A DNA stretch of 64,000 nucleotides from Gemmatimonadota bacterium (GTDB lineage Bacteria; Gemmatimonadota; Gemmatimonadetes; Palauibacterales; Palauibacteraceae). The stretch is taken from contig JBDGXC010000005.1 in assembly GCA_039584815.1 (NCBI GenBank), forward strand, positions 30,633 through 94,632, given 5' to 3'. Made by a program: the position numbers and the translations under genes. Positions 1 through 10,288 of the stretch are shown here, one piece after another. The notes beneath the pieces were generated by a model. The model was given only the letters and a program-made list of their open reading frames with translations, ran no database searches and had not been told where the DNA came from. The stretch's first letter is position 1. Every line of letters begins with the position of its first letter.

Positions 1-223
1 CGTCGGCCATGGGGTCGCTGAACGGAACGCCGAGCTCCAGCAGGTCCGCCTCGGCGGCCACGCGGCGCGCCGTTTGCTCGAAACCGTCCCGCGCAGGGAA
101 CCCCGCGGTCAGGAACGCGGCGATGGCCGGACGCCCCTCGGCGTTCGCGCGGCTGATGGCTGCGGTGATCCGTTCCGGCCCATCAGCTGCGCCTGGCATC
201 CGGAGACCGGCGTCGTGAGACAT
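1..223 (-). CDS. trpA: tryptophan synthase alpha chain, N-terminal 74 codons (rest lies outside the window)
   Basis: Not in the ORF track because it runs off the edge. Minus-strand reading from ATG 223..221 gives MSHDAGLRMPGAADGPERITAAISRANAEGRPAIAAFLTAGFPARDGFEQTARRVAAEADLLELGVPFSDPMAD, with the TrpA hallmark ELGVPFSDPxADG. The ATG shares one base with the trpB TGA (TGATG). Confidence 0.85.
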   Translation of the reverse strand, partial: MSHDAGLRMPGAADGPERITAAISRANAEGRPAIAAFLTAGFPARDGFEQTARRVAAEADLLELGVPFSDPMAD

Positions 224-1479
224 CACCCCGACTCTTCTTCGTTCGCGGCGCGCAGGCCGTCCAGGATGCCGAGGTCCTTGTCACCGCGTCCGGACAGGCC
301 GATGAGAATACGGGAGCCCGGACCCCGTCGCGCCACCTGCCGTCCGCCCTCCAGCGCGTGCGCCGATTCGAGCGCCGGGATGATCCCCTCGAGAGCGGCG
401 CACTCCTCGAGCGCCGCGACCGCTGCTTCATCCCCGGCGCTCTCGTAGCTCACACGGCCGATGGCCGCGAGGAACGAGTGCTCGGGGCCGACCCCCGGGT
501 AGTCGAGCCCGGCCGACACCGAACGCGTGTCGCGCACCTGCCCGTAGGTGTCCTGCAACAGCAGGGACCGGCTCCCGTGCAGCACGCCAGGCGTGCCGCG
601 GCTGACGGTGGCGGCGTGCTGTCCAAGCCCGTCGCCCGATCCTCCGGCCTCGACGCCGACCAACTCGACGTCCGCGTCTCCCAGAAACGCGTGGAACAGT
701 CCGATCGCGTTGGAGCCACCTCCCACGCAGGCGACGACCGTGTCGGGAAGGGCGCCGGCCCGCACAAGGAGCTCCTCGCGGGCTTCGCGCCCTATCACGG
801 CCTGCAGCTGCCGCACGAGCCACGGGTAGGGGTGCGGTCCTACGGCTGAGCCGAGCAGGTAGTACGTGCCCTCGGGGTCCGATACCCAGTCACGCAGAGC
901 CTCGTCGATCGCAGCCCGAAGCGTGCGGTCACCGCCCGCTACCTCCACCACTTGGGCCCCGAGCAGCTTCATGCGCTGGACGTTGGGACGCTGCCTGACC
1001 GCGTCCACCTCGCCCATATACACGGTGCAGGGCAGGCCGAGTCGCGCGCACGCTGCGGCCGAGGCCACCCCGTGCTGACCGGCGCCCGTCTCCGCGATGA
1101 CGCGCCGGGCTCCCATGCGGCGGGCCAGCAGAGCCTGCCCGATCGCGTTGTTGATCTTGTGCGCTCCCGTATGAGACAGGTCTTCGCGCTTGAGCCACAC
1201 CTCGGCTCCCCACGCTTCTCCGAGCCGGCCGGCCCGCGTGAGGGGCGTCGGCCGACCGACCCAGTCCCGCAGCTCCGCCTCGAAGGCTTCCCGGAACGTC
1301 GGATCGGCCAGCGCACCGCGTGCTCCCGCCTCCAGCAACCCGAGGGACGGCATCAGGGTCTCGGGGACGAAGCGTCCTCCGAACTCTCCGAACCGTCCCC
1401 TCTCGTCGGGCAGGCGGCCGGCCAGCAGATCGTCCAGCGTGGCACCGGCGAGCCCGCTCGACCCGCTGGCGCCGCTCAT
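223..1479 (-). CDS. trpB: tryptophan synthase beta chain
   Basis: 418 aa. PLP-lysine motif HTGAHKINNAIGQ, GGGSNAIG, typical TrpB length. ATG overlaps the upstream stop (ATGA at 1476..1479). Confidence 0.97.
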   Translation of the reverse strand: MSGASGSSGLAGATLDDLLAGRLPDERGRFGEFGGRFVPETLMPSLGLLEAGARGALADPTFREAFEAELRDWVGRPTPLTRAGRLGEAWGAEVWLKREDLSHTGAHKINNAIGQALLARRMGARRVIAETGAGQHGVASAAACARLGLPCTVYMGEVDAVRQRPNVQRMKLLGAQVVEVAGGDRTLRAAIDEALRDWVSDPEGTYYLLGSAVGPHPYPWLVRQLQAVIGREAREELLVRAGALPDTVVACVGGGSNAIGLFHAFLGDADVELVGVEAGGSGDGLGQHAATVSRGTPGVLHGSRSLLLQDTYGQVRDTRSVSAGLDYPGVGPEHSFLAAIGRVSYESAGDEAAVAALEECAALEGIIPALESAHALEGGRQVARRGPGSRILIGLSGRGDKDLGILDGLRAANEEESG

Positions 1480-4019
1480 GCGAGCGCCTCCTCACGCGCC
1501 GCGCCCGAGCCACGCTCTCGCCGCACGGCGGCCGCTGCGGCTGACCGCGCTGCTTCCACGAACGCCGCGATGCGTACGGGATCCTTGATACCACGCCGCA
1601 GCTCGACGCCGCTCGAGACGTCCACGCCGAACGGGCGCACCGCCGCGATCGCGTCGGCCACGTTGTTCGGGGCCAGGCCACCGGCGAGCACCAGCCGGTA
1701 CCGCCGGGCCAGCTCCGCCGCATGCCCCCAATCCGGACGGATGCCGCTTCCGCCTCTTCCGGCCGCCTCCAGAACGGCCTGCGGACCGGGGCCGCCCTGG
1801 ATCGTTCCGACGACAGCGGCCTGACGGGCGAGATTCGGACCGTCGTGCAACACGGGGAGGAAGGCGGAGCCACCCGCGGCCGCTGCCCGGATCGCCTCCT
1901 CGGTGGGCTCGCACTGCACCAGGTCGGCCGGGAAGATCGACAGGACGCCCGCGATCTGTTCTCTCGAGGCGTGTCGGAACACGGCCACTCGCTGCACGCC
2001 AGGCGGCAGAAGGGTCGCCAGCGCGACCGCTTCCTGCGCCGAGACGCGGCGCGGCGAGTCGGCGAACACGAAACCTGCGGCGTCCGCGCCGCACTCCCTC
2101 GCGGCGCGCACGCCCGCGGCCGTGTGGAGGCCGCAGATCTTCACCCAGATCGACTCGCCGGCCACCACCGAGGAGCGGCCGGCGATCAGCATCGCGGCCG
2201 CCATGACGTCCGGTTCGGCTGAGCCCATCAGCGCGCTCCCGACCAGGACCGCGTCATAGCCCAGCGCCGCCACGTACCGCGCATCGGCGGGCCCACGGAG
2301 GCCGCTCTCAGCTACCCGGGCCACCCCGGGCGGGAAGCGGTCGACCAGGGTCGCGAAGCGGCCGAAGTCCACCTCCAGAGTAGCGAGGTCCCGGCTGTTG
2401 AGTCCTACGAGAACATCCACGCCGAGGCGTCGTCCAGCCTCGGCGGCTGGACCGGCACGCTGCAGGTCTGCTTCGTCGAACGCCTCGAGAAGCACGAACA
2501 GTCCGCACTCGCCGGCGGCCTGCACACACCGTGAGAGGGTCTCCGTGTCGAGAATGCGGAGGATCAGAAGGATCCCTCCGGCGCCCGCCGCTCGGGCCTC
2601 GAACACCTGATACGGGTCCGTGACGAAGTCCTTGCGCATGGTGGGCACTGACGGCGCCGCCGACGCCGCGACCCTCAGATCGTCCAGGTCGCCTCCGAAC
2701 TCCGCGTGCTCGGTGAGGACAGAGATCGCCACCGCGCCGGCCTGCTCGTAGCCGGTCGCGAGAGCCGCGACTTCGTCCGTCGTCAAGTCCCGCAGCGCGC
2801 CCGCCGACGGCGCCTTGCGCTTCACCTCGGCGACCAGATCGAATGCGCCAGGCGACGCGGCCATGCGGAGCCTGGGAGGAGCCGGCGTCCGGAGAGCCCG
2901 GCGCCGCAAATCCTCGAGCGGTTCCCTCACCCCGGCCGCGTGCACCCGCTCGGTCGATGCGGCCGCCATGCGCGACAGGAAATCCGACATCGGCGCCCCT
3001 CCGACGCTCGCTCGCGCCCCAAAGCGGGCGAGACGCTCGAGCAGCTCGGCGGCGTCGCCGGTCGCGATGGCGGTGCGCGCGGCCTCGACCCCCTCGGCGA
3101 GGCTCCGGACCCGCCCGCTCACCTCCAGGGCGAGACCGGCACCCAGCGCCAGGGCGTCCTGGTGTGGTCCGGCCCGGCCTCCGAGTGCCTCCCGCAGCCC
3201 GCCGGCGTTGTCGGCGGCGTCCCCGCCCGCCAGGTCCTGGGGGGCGCAGCGCTCGATCCCGACGGCGGCAGGGTCTCGTTCCTCACGGTGCACGCTTCCC
3301 GGCCGCACGTCGTACAGCAGGAACGGGCCGCACGGCGTCGCCTCGTCCCACCCCGGCTCTCCGTGCACCACGAAGGCCCGCTCGACTGGAAGGCCGGCGA
3401 GGGCCTCGGCCATGAGTCCGGCGACGTCCGGGCTGAACGCGCCCACGACCATGTACGGGGGCTCGGCGGGATTCGTCAGCGGGCCGAGAATGTTGAACAC
3501 CGTGCGCACGCCGAGCGCCTTCCGTACCGGCACAAGGGCCTTCATGGCCGGGTGATAGTGCGGAGCGAACAGGAACGTGAAGCTCGTCTCGGCGAGGCAC
3601 GCGCCGGCCTCCTTCTCATCCAGGGGCAGACCGAGGCCGAGCGCCTCGAGCACGTCCGCGCTCCCGCAACGGCTGGACACGGAACGGTTTCCGTGCTTCA
3701 CCACGGGCACGCCGCACGCAGCGGCGAGGAGAGCCGATCCTGTAGATATGTTGAACGACCCGGAGCCATCCCCGCCGGTGCCGACGATGTCCACGGGATG
3801 CGGACCGTCCGGCAGATGCGGACGGCGCGCCAGGCTCCGCATCGCGCGCGCGAACCCGCGGATCTCGTCCGGCGTCTCTCGCTTCATGCGCAGCCCGGCC
3901 AGGAAGGCTCCGGCCACCGCGCCGGGCAGCTTGTCCTCGGCCAGGGCCGTCATGAGACCGGCGGCCTCATCCTCCGTCAGGTGGTCGCCGTCGAGCAACC
4001 GGTTCAGCAGATCCTTCAC
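1476..4019 (-). CDS. trpDCF: fused anthranilate phosphoribosyltransferase / indole-3-glycerol-phosphate synthase / phosphoribosylanthranilate isomerase (847 codons in one frame)
   Basis: GTG at 4019 overlaps the trpG stop (GTGA). aa 1-343 are TrpD-like (GTGGDGSGSFNIST, KHGNRSVSSRCGSAD). aa 344 to about 624 are TrpC-like, starting MSDFLSR at 2990. aa about 625-847 are TrpF-like (WVKICGL...). No stop codon between modules. The 116 extra N-terminal codons of track ORF 1476..4367 overlap trpG out of frame and were dropped. Confidence 0.85.
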   Translation of the reverse strand: MKDLLNRLLDGDHLTEDEAAGLMTALAEDKLPGAVAGAFLAGLRMKRETPDEIRGFARAMRSLARRPHLPDGPHPVDIVGTGGDGSGSFNISTGSALLAAACGVPVVKHGNRSVSSRCGSADVLEALGLGLPLDEKEAGACLAETSFTFLFAPHYHPAMKALVPVRKALGVRTVFNILGPLTNPAEPPYMVVGAFSPDVAGLMAEALAGLPVERAFVVHGEPGWDEATPCGPFLLYDVRPGSVHREERDPAAVGIERCAPQDLAGGDAADNAGGLREALGGRAGPHQDALALGAGLALEVSGRVRSLAEGVEAARTAIATGDAAELLERLARFGARASVGGAPMSDFLSRMAAASTERVHAAGVREPLEDLRRRALRTPAPPRLRMAASPGAFDLVAEVKRKAPSAGALRDLTTDEVAALATGYEQAGAVAISVLTEHAEFGGDLDDLRVAASAAPSVPTMRKDFVTDPYQVFEARAAGAGGILLILRILDTETLSRCVQAAGECGLFVLLEAFDEADLQRAGPAAEAGRRLGVDVLVGLNSRDLATLEVDFGRFATLVDRFPPGVARVAESGLRGPADARYVAALGYDAVLVGSALMGSAEPDVMAAAMLIAGRSSVVAGESIWVKICGLHTAAGVRAARECGADAAGFVFADSPRRVSAQEAVALATLLPPGVQRVAVFRHASREQIAGVLSIFPADLVQCEPTEEAIRAAAAGGSAFLPVLHDGPNLARQAAVVGTIQGGPGPQAVLEAAGRGGSGIRPDWGHAAELARRYRLVLAGGLAPNNVADAIAAVRPFGVDVSSGVELRRGIKDPVRIAAFVEAARSAAAAAVRRERGSGAAREEALA

Positions 4020-4606
4020 GCGCTCCCCCGTGCGAGATCGAGGTCCAGAAAATTGCGCAGCAACCGGCCCCCTTCGGGAGTCAGAATGCTCTCGGGGTGG
4101 AACTGGACTCCTTCGGCGCGCAGGCTTCGGTGCCGGATGCCCATGATCTCGCCGTCGGACGTGTAGGCCGACACGGCGAGCTCCTCCGGCAGCGATTCCT
4201 CGGTGACCGCCAGGGAGTGATACCGGCCGGCCCGCATCGGATTGGGAAGGCCCTCGTACAACGTGCGGCTGTCGTGGTACACGGTGGATGCCTTGCCGTG
4301 CATCAGAGACCGCGCCGGTTCCACGGCGGCGCCGCACACGGTGGCCAGGGCCTGATGTCCGAGGCATACGCCGAGCACCGGAACGTCCGCGATCATCGCG
4401 TCGATGAGGGACATCGACACCCCCGCGCTCTCCGGCCGCCCGGGACCGGGGGAGATCACGAGGTGGGTGGGCTCCATGTCACGCGCCTCGCTCACCTCCA
4501 CTGCATCGTGCCGCCGGACGGTGACGTCGGCTCCCAGCACTGCCAGGGCCTGGACCAGGTTGTAGGTAAACGAGTCGTAGTTGTCGATCAGCAGGACATG
4601 CCTCAC
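4016..4606 (-). CDS. trpG: anthranilate synthase component II (glutamine amidotransferase)
   Basis: 196 aa. LLIDNYDSFTYNLVQ, GVCLGHQAL, VQFHPESILT. GTG start overlaps the trpE stop (GTGA 4603..4606). Confidence 0.95.
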   Translation of the reverse strand: MRHVLLIDNYDSFTYNLVQALAVLGADVTVRRHDAVEVSEARDMEPTHLVISPGPGRPESAGVSMSLIDAMIADVPVLGVCLGHQALATVCGAAVEPARSLMHGKASTVYHDSRTLYEGLPNPMRAGRYHSLAVTEESLPEELAVSAYTSDGEIMGIRHRSLRAEGVQFHPESILTPEGGRLLRNFLDLDLARGSA

Positions 4607-5985
4607 AGCCCCTCCTCGGCCAGCGCGAGCGCTTCCTCCAGCGCGGCGCTCTTGGCCAGGATCTCGTCGTGCTCCCGCTCGGGGACGCTGTCGGCGACGA
4701 TGCCGGCGCCCGCCTGGTATGCGTACTCTCCGTTCCGGAACACCAGGGTGCGGATGGCGATCGCCTGATCCATCGATCCGCCCGTCCCGAAGTAGCCGGC
4801 CGTGCCCGCGTAGATGCCGCGGCGAACGGGCTCGATCTCGCGGATGATCTCCATGGCGCGGATCTTGGGTGCCCCGACGACGGTGCCGGCCGGAAAGGCC
4901 GCGGCGAACAGGTCGAACGCGTCATGCTCGGGCGCGAGGACGCCCCGTGTTCCACTGACGATGTGCATGACGTGGCTGTAGCGCTCGATCGTCCGGAACG
5001 GCTCCACCCGGACGCTCCCGGGCACCGCGACGCGGCCCAGGTCGTTGCGCGCCAGGTCCACCAGCATCACGTGTTCCGCGTTCTCCTTCGGGTCCGCGAG
5101 CAGGTCTCTCTCCAGCTCTTCGTCCTCCGCCGCGCTGCGACCTCGCGGCCGGGTTCCGGCGATCGGCCGCAGGTGCGCCTCCCGCCCCTCGAGACGAACC
5201 AGGGCCTCGGGCGACGATCCGACCACCGAGACGTCGCCCAGGTCGAGGAAATACATGTACGGTGATGGATTGAGGAGGCGGAGCGCACGGTACACTTCGA
5301 ACGGCGGGATCTGGCACCGCCCGGCGAAACGAATCGACAGGACGAGCTGGTAGACGTCGCCGGCCGCGATGTGACGCCGCGTCCTCTCGACTCCCGACAG
5401 GAACTCGGATCGCTCGAGGCTCGGCTCTGGGGCGGAGTGCCCCCCGATGGCGGGCCGCGGTGGAAGAGGGCCACGCAGGAGGTCGGTCACCTCGCCCGCC
5501 AGCCCTCGTCGTTCCTCTTCGGTGCCCGCGTGGAGCAGCGCCACACGCCGGGACACGTGGTCGAACACGAGGAGCGAGCCGGGGGCTACGTACAGCGCCT
5601 CGACTTCCCCGTTCGGCACGATCGGCGGCCGTAGTCTCTCGAACCGTCCCGCCATCTCGAATCCGGTGACGCCTACGAGGCCGCCGGAGAACGGGAGACC
5701 GGCAACCTCGGGAAGCGTCCGTCGCACCGATCGCAGAGCGTTGCGCAGGGCGTCGAGCAACGCGTCCCGGTCCTCCGGCACCGGGCGGACCTCGCGACCG
5801 ACTCTCAACTCTCCGTCCGCGAGGCGCACTTCGAGCGCGTCGCCGAACCCGATGAACGAATACCGACCCAGGCGCTCGCCCCCTTCGACGCTCTCCAGGA
5901 GAAAGCGCGGACGCAACGGCGCCAGCTTCAGATAGGCCGACACCGGAGTGTCCAGATCGGCCGCGATGTCGAATGGGTGCTGCAT
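4603..5985 (-). CDS. trpE: anthranilate synthase component I
   Basis: 460 aa. RYSFIG, LLNPSPYMYF, GAGIVADS motifs. First enzyme gene after the leader/attenuator. Confidence 0.97.
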   Translation of the reverse strand: MQHPFDIAADLDTPVSAYLKLAPLRPRFLLESVEGGERLGRYSFIGFGDALEVRLADGELRVGREVRPVPEDRDALLDALRNALRSVRRTLPEVAGLPFSGGLVGVTGFEMAGRFERLRPPIVPNGEVEALYVAPGSLLVFDHVSRRVALLHAGTEEERRGLAGEVTDLLRGPLPPRPAIGGHSAPEPSLERSEFLSGVERTRRHIAAGDVYQLVLSIRFAGRCQIPPFEVYRALRLLNPSPYMYFLDLGDVSVVGSSPEALVRLEGREAHLRPIAGTRPRGRSAAEDEELERDLLADPKENAEHVMLVDLARNDLGRVAVPGSVRVEPFRTIERYSHVMHIVSGTRGVLAPEHDAFDLFAAAFPAGTVVGAPKIRAMEIIREIEPVRRGIYAGTAGYFGTGGSMDQAIAIRTLVFRNGEYAYQAGAGIVADSVPEREHDEILAKSAALEEALALAEEGL

Positions 5986-6030
5986 GCGTCCCCTTTCATG
6001 GCCACCGGGAACGCACGGGGATGGGATGCG

Positions 6031-6061
6031 AAAAACCCACCTCCGCGCGTCTGGAGGTGGG
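6031..6061 (-). terminator. trp attenuator terminator (segments 3:4)
   Basis: Minus strand CCCACCTCC (6061..6053), 8-nt loop, GGAGGTGGG (6044..6036), then TTTTT (6035..6031), about 45 nt before the trpE ATG. Confidence 0.8.
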
Positions 6062-6091
6062 CTGAAGATCCTTACCTGCGGTTGCCAGTGC

Positions 6092-6184
6092 TCAGGCGGA
6101 TGCCACCTCCGGACGCGGGTCGCGCCACCACCACCAGCTGGAGGTGCTCTCGTGCATCGACGGGGCCATCGAAAGTCGCTTCAT
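6092..6184 (-). CDS. trpL: trp operon leader peptide, 30 aa, MKRLSMAPSMHESTSSWWWWRDPRPEVASA
   Basis: Read by hand; too short for the ORF track. Four consecutive TGG codons at 6136..6125. The ORF ends inside the antiterminator segment, directly upstream of the terminator and trpE. Confidence 0.75.
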   Translation of the reverse strand: MKRLSMAPSMHESTSSWWWWRDPRPEVASA

Positions 6185-6192
6185 AACGTCTT

Positions 6193-6221
6193 AGTCTAAA
6201 AAAAGTTGGCGGATGTGTCAA
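6193..6221 (-). promoter_or_regulatory. sigma70-like promoter of the trp leader (TTGACA, 17 nt spacer, TAGACT)
   Basis: Minus strand: TTGACA at 6221..6216, 17-nt spacer, TAGACT at 6198..6193. Sits in an unusually AT-rich patch; only 8 nt separate the -10 from the leader ATG. Confidence 0.6.
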
Positions 6222-6256
6222 GTTGGACCCCGGCTCCGGCACGACGCCCCTCAGAC

Positions 6257-7600
6257 CTATTCGGGCGACCGGACCACGACGCCATCCTTCATGACGAACA
6301 CGACGTCGCGGACCGCGCGGATGTCGGTCGTGGGGTCGCCTCGCACCGCCACCAGGTCCGCGAATGCTCCCTGCCAGATCTCGCCCACCTTGCCCTCCAG
6401 GCCCAGGGCCCGGGCGTTCACGATCGTGGCGGCTTGCAGGGCCTCGGGCGGCGTCATCCCGGCGCGGACCAGCCACGCCAGCTCGCGCCAGCTTTCCCCG
6501 TGAGCGAATACCCCGACGTCGCTCCCGAGACCGACGACGACACCGGCTGCGCGCGCCGCACGCACCGCCTGCAGGGACCGGGCGATGCCCGGTGATAGTT
6601 CCTCGTCCGGCGCGTCCAGCTCCCATCCACCGGACAGGCCGCTGAAGTACTCGTCGTACGCGGCCGCGGCAGCGAGGGTGGGGTAGAACACGACCCCGTG
6701 TTCCGCCATGAGCCGGTAGGTCTCATGCGTTCCATCTGCGCCGTGCTCGATCGTGCGGGCACCGGCGAGGACGGCCCGGCGCATCCCCTCCGCCGAGCCC
6801 GCGTGCGCCGCCACCGGGAGTCCGGCCGTCGTCGCCTCTTCGACCAGCACCTCGAGCTCGACCAGGGTAAAGGTCGGCGCCGTGCCGGCCGAACGGCGGA
6901 AGTCCGCATACACCTTGATGAGGTCAGCGCCGTGCCCAGCCTGTTCCCGCACGGCGCGACGGATCTCCGTCTCACCCGTCACCATTCGGGCGCCCTGCGG
7001 CAGGAGGAGCTCGGGATCCCAGCCTCGCGGTCCGGGCGCGTAGCTCGCGGTCGCAGCGATCGCCAGGGTGGCGGCCAGGACCCGGGGACCGGGGATCAAA
7101 CCGTCCGCGATGGCGTCCCGGACGGCGAGGTCGGCCCAGCCCGCACCCTCCGAGCCGAGATCGCGGAGGAGCGTGAATCCCGACATCAGCGTGCGCTCCG
7201 CGTGCACCGCGGCCCGCAGAGTGCGGTAAGCGCGCGCTTCCCTGAGAACCTGATCGTCCCACAGGGTCTCGTCGTACGGGTGGAGAAACAGGTGGGAGTG
7301 GGCGTCGATCAGGCCGGGAAGCAGTGTGGCGCCGTCCAGGCGGATCACGTGGGAATCCGGCGGATGGACCACCTGGTCAGCAGGGCCCACGGACGAGATG
7401 CGGTTTCCGTCGATCACTACTACCCATTCATCCCATGTCACACCGGCCACGGCGTCGAACACGCGAGCCGGTTGGATGACGATCGGACCGTTCTCCGGAA
7501 CCTGGGCCGGAGCGCTGCCAGTGGCGCCGCTCAGTCCGAGCAACGCGAGCGCCGCCACCCGAGCTGGCCCGCCGCGAAACATCTCGTTCATGGGGCTCAC
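6257..7600 (-). CDS. secreted metal-dependent amidohydrolase family protein
   Basis: 447 aa. N-terminal signal-like segment, GLIDAHSHL metal motif, overall amidohydrolase-fold pattern (prolidase/imidazolonepropionase-like group). Confidence 0.85.
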   Translation of the reverse strand: MSPMNEMFRGGPARVAALALLGLSGATGSAPAQVPENGPIVIQPARVFDAVAGVTWDEWVVVIDGNRISSVGPADQVVHPPDSHVIRLDGATLLPGLIDAHSHLFLHPYDETLWDDQVLREARAYRTLRAAVHAERTLMSGFTLLRDLGSEGAGWADLAVRDAIADGLIPGPRVLAATLAIAATASYAPGPRGWDPELLLPQGARMVTGETEIRRAVREQAGHGADLIKVYADFRRSAGTAPTFTLVELEVLVEEATTAGLPVAAHAGSAEGMRRAVLAGARTIEHGADGTHETYRLMAEHGVVFYPTLAAAAAYDEYFSGLSGGWELDAPDEELSPGIARSLQAVRAARAAGVVVGLGSDVGVFAHGESWRELAWLVRAGMTPPEALQAATIVNARALGLEGKVGEIWQGAFADLVAVRGDPTTDIRAVRDVVFVMKDGVVVRSPE

Positions 7601-7724
7601 TCACTGTGCACGGTGGACGTGATGTGTTCGAAGTTGACACCTTGGATCGCCCGGCGCACGTTCCATTCAGGAGCCGGCTCCGAGCCCCCCGGATTTCGCC
7701 GGTCCGTACGAGCTGGAGGATCTC

Positions 7725-8162
7725 ATGTTCCGCTTGGCATTCATCGCTCCCGTCGTGGTGTGCGCCGCGTTCGTGGCCGACCGGTCGACCACCGACGCAG
7801 GACCGGATCCCGATCTGTTCGCCGCCAATGGCTGTGTCCGGTGCCACGGTGCCACCGGCGCGGGCGCGTTCGGGCCCGCCCTTGCGGCAACCGATCTCAC
7901 GTTAGAGGCGTTCCTGACTCAGCTCCGCTCGCCTCGCGGCCGGATGCCGGCGTTCGCCGTCGATCAGGTTTCCGACGGCGAGGCCCGCCTCCTTTTCGAC
8001 TATGTCCAGACGCTGGAAGTGCCGACAGTCGGAGAGGGAACGGGAGCCGATTGTGCGTGCGGGCGCTGCGCTTCCGGTCACCACGCGGGAGGCCATCACG
8101 CAGGCGGCTGCCGCAGTGACCGGTGTCGCCGCGGGGCCTGCGGGAACGGGGTCGACGGCTGA
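7725..8162 (+). CDS. small c-type cytochrome with Cys/His-rich C-terminal tail
   Basis: 145 aa. Signal-like N-terminus, single haem motif CVRCH, candidate Met ligand in PRGRMPAF. GGAGG 7 nt upstream of the ATG. Tail GADCACGRCASGHHAGGHHAGGCRSDRCRRGACG. Confidence 0.75.
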   Translation: MFRLAFIAPVVVCAAFVADRSTTDAGPDPDLFAANGCVRCHGATGAGAFGPALAATDLTLEAFLTQLRSPRGRMPAFAVDQVSDGEARLLFDYVQTLEVPTVGEGTGADCACGRCASGHHAGGHHAGGCRSDRCRRGACGNGVDG

Positions 8163-8180
8163 GCGCGGCTCCGTCGGGAC

Positions 8181-10283
<2,103 letters not shown>

Positions 10284-10288
10284 GCTCG

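Noticed and set aside
4020-4367. 116-codon N-terminal extension of the trpD ORF in the track (start at 4367)
   Set aside because: It overlaps trpG in another frame and has junk-like composition. The TrpD homology starts at VKDLLNRLL, whose GTG (4019) forms a GTGA overlap with the trpG stop.
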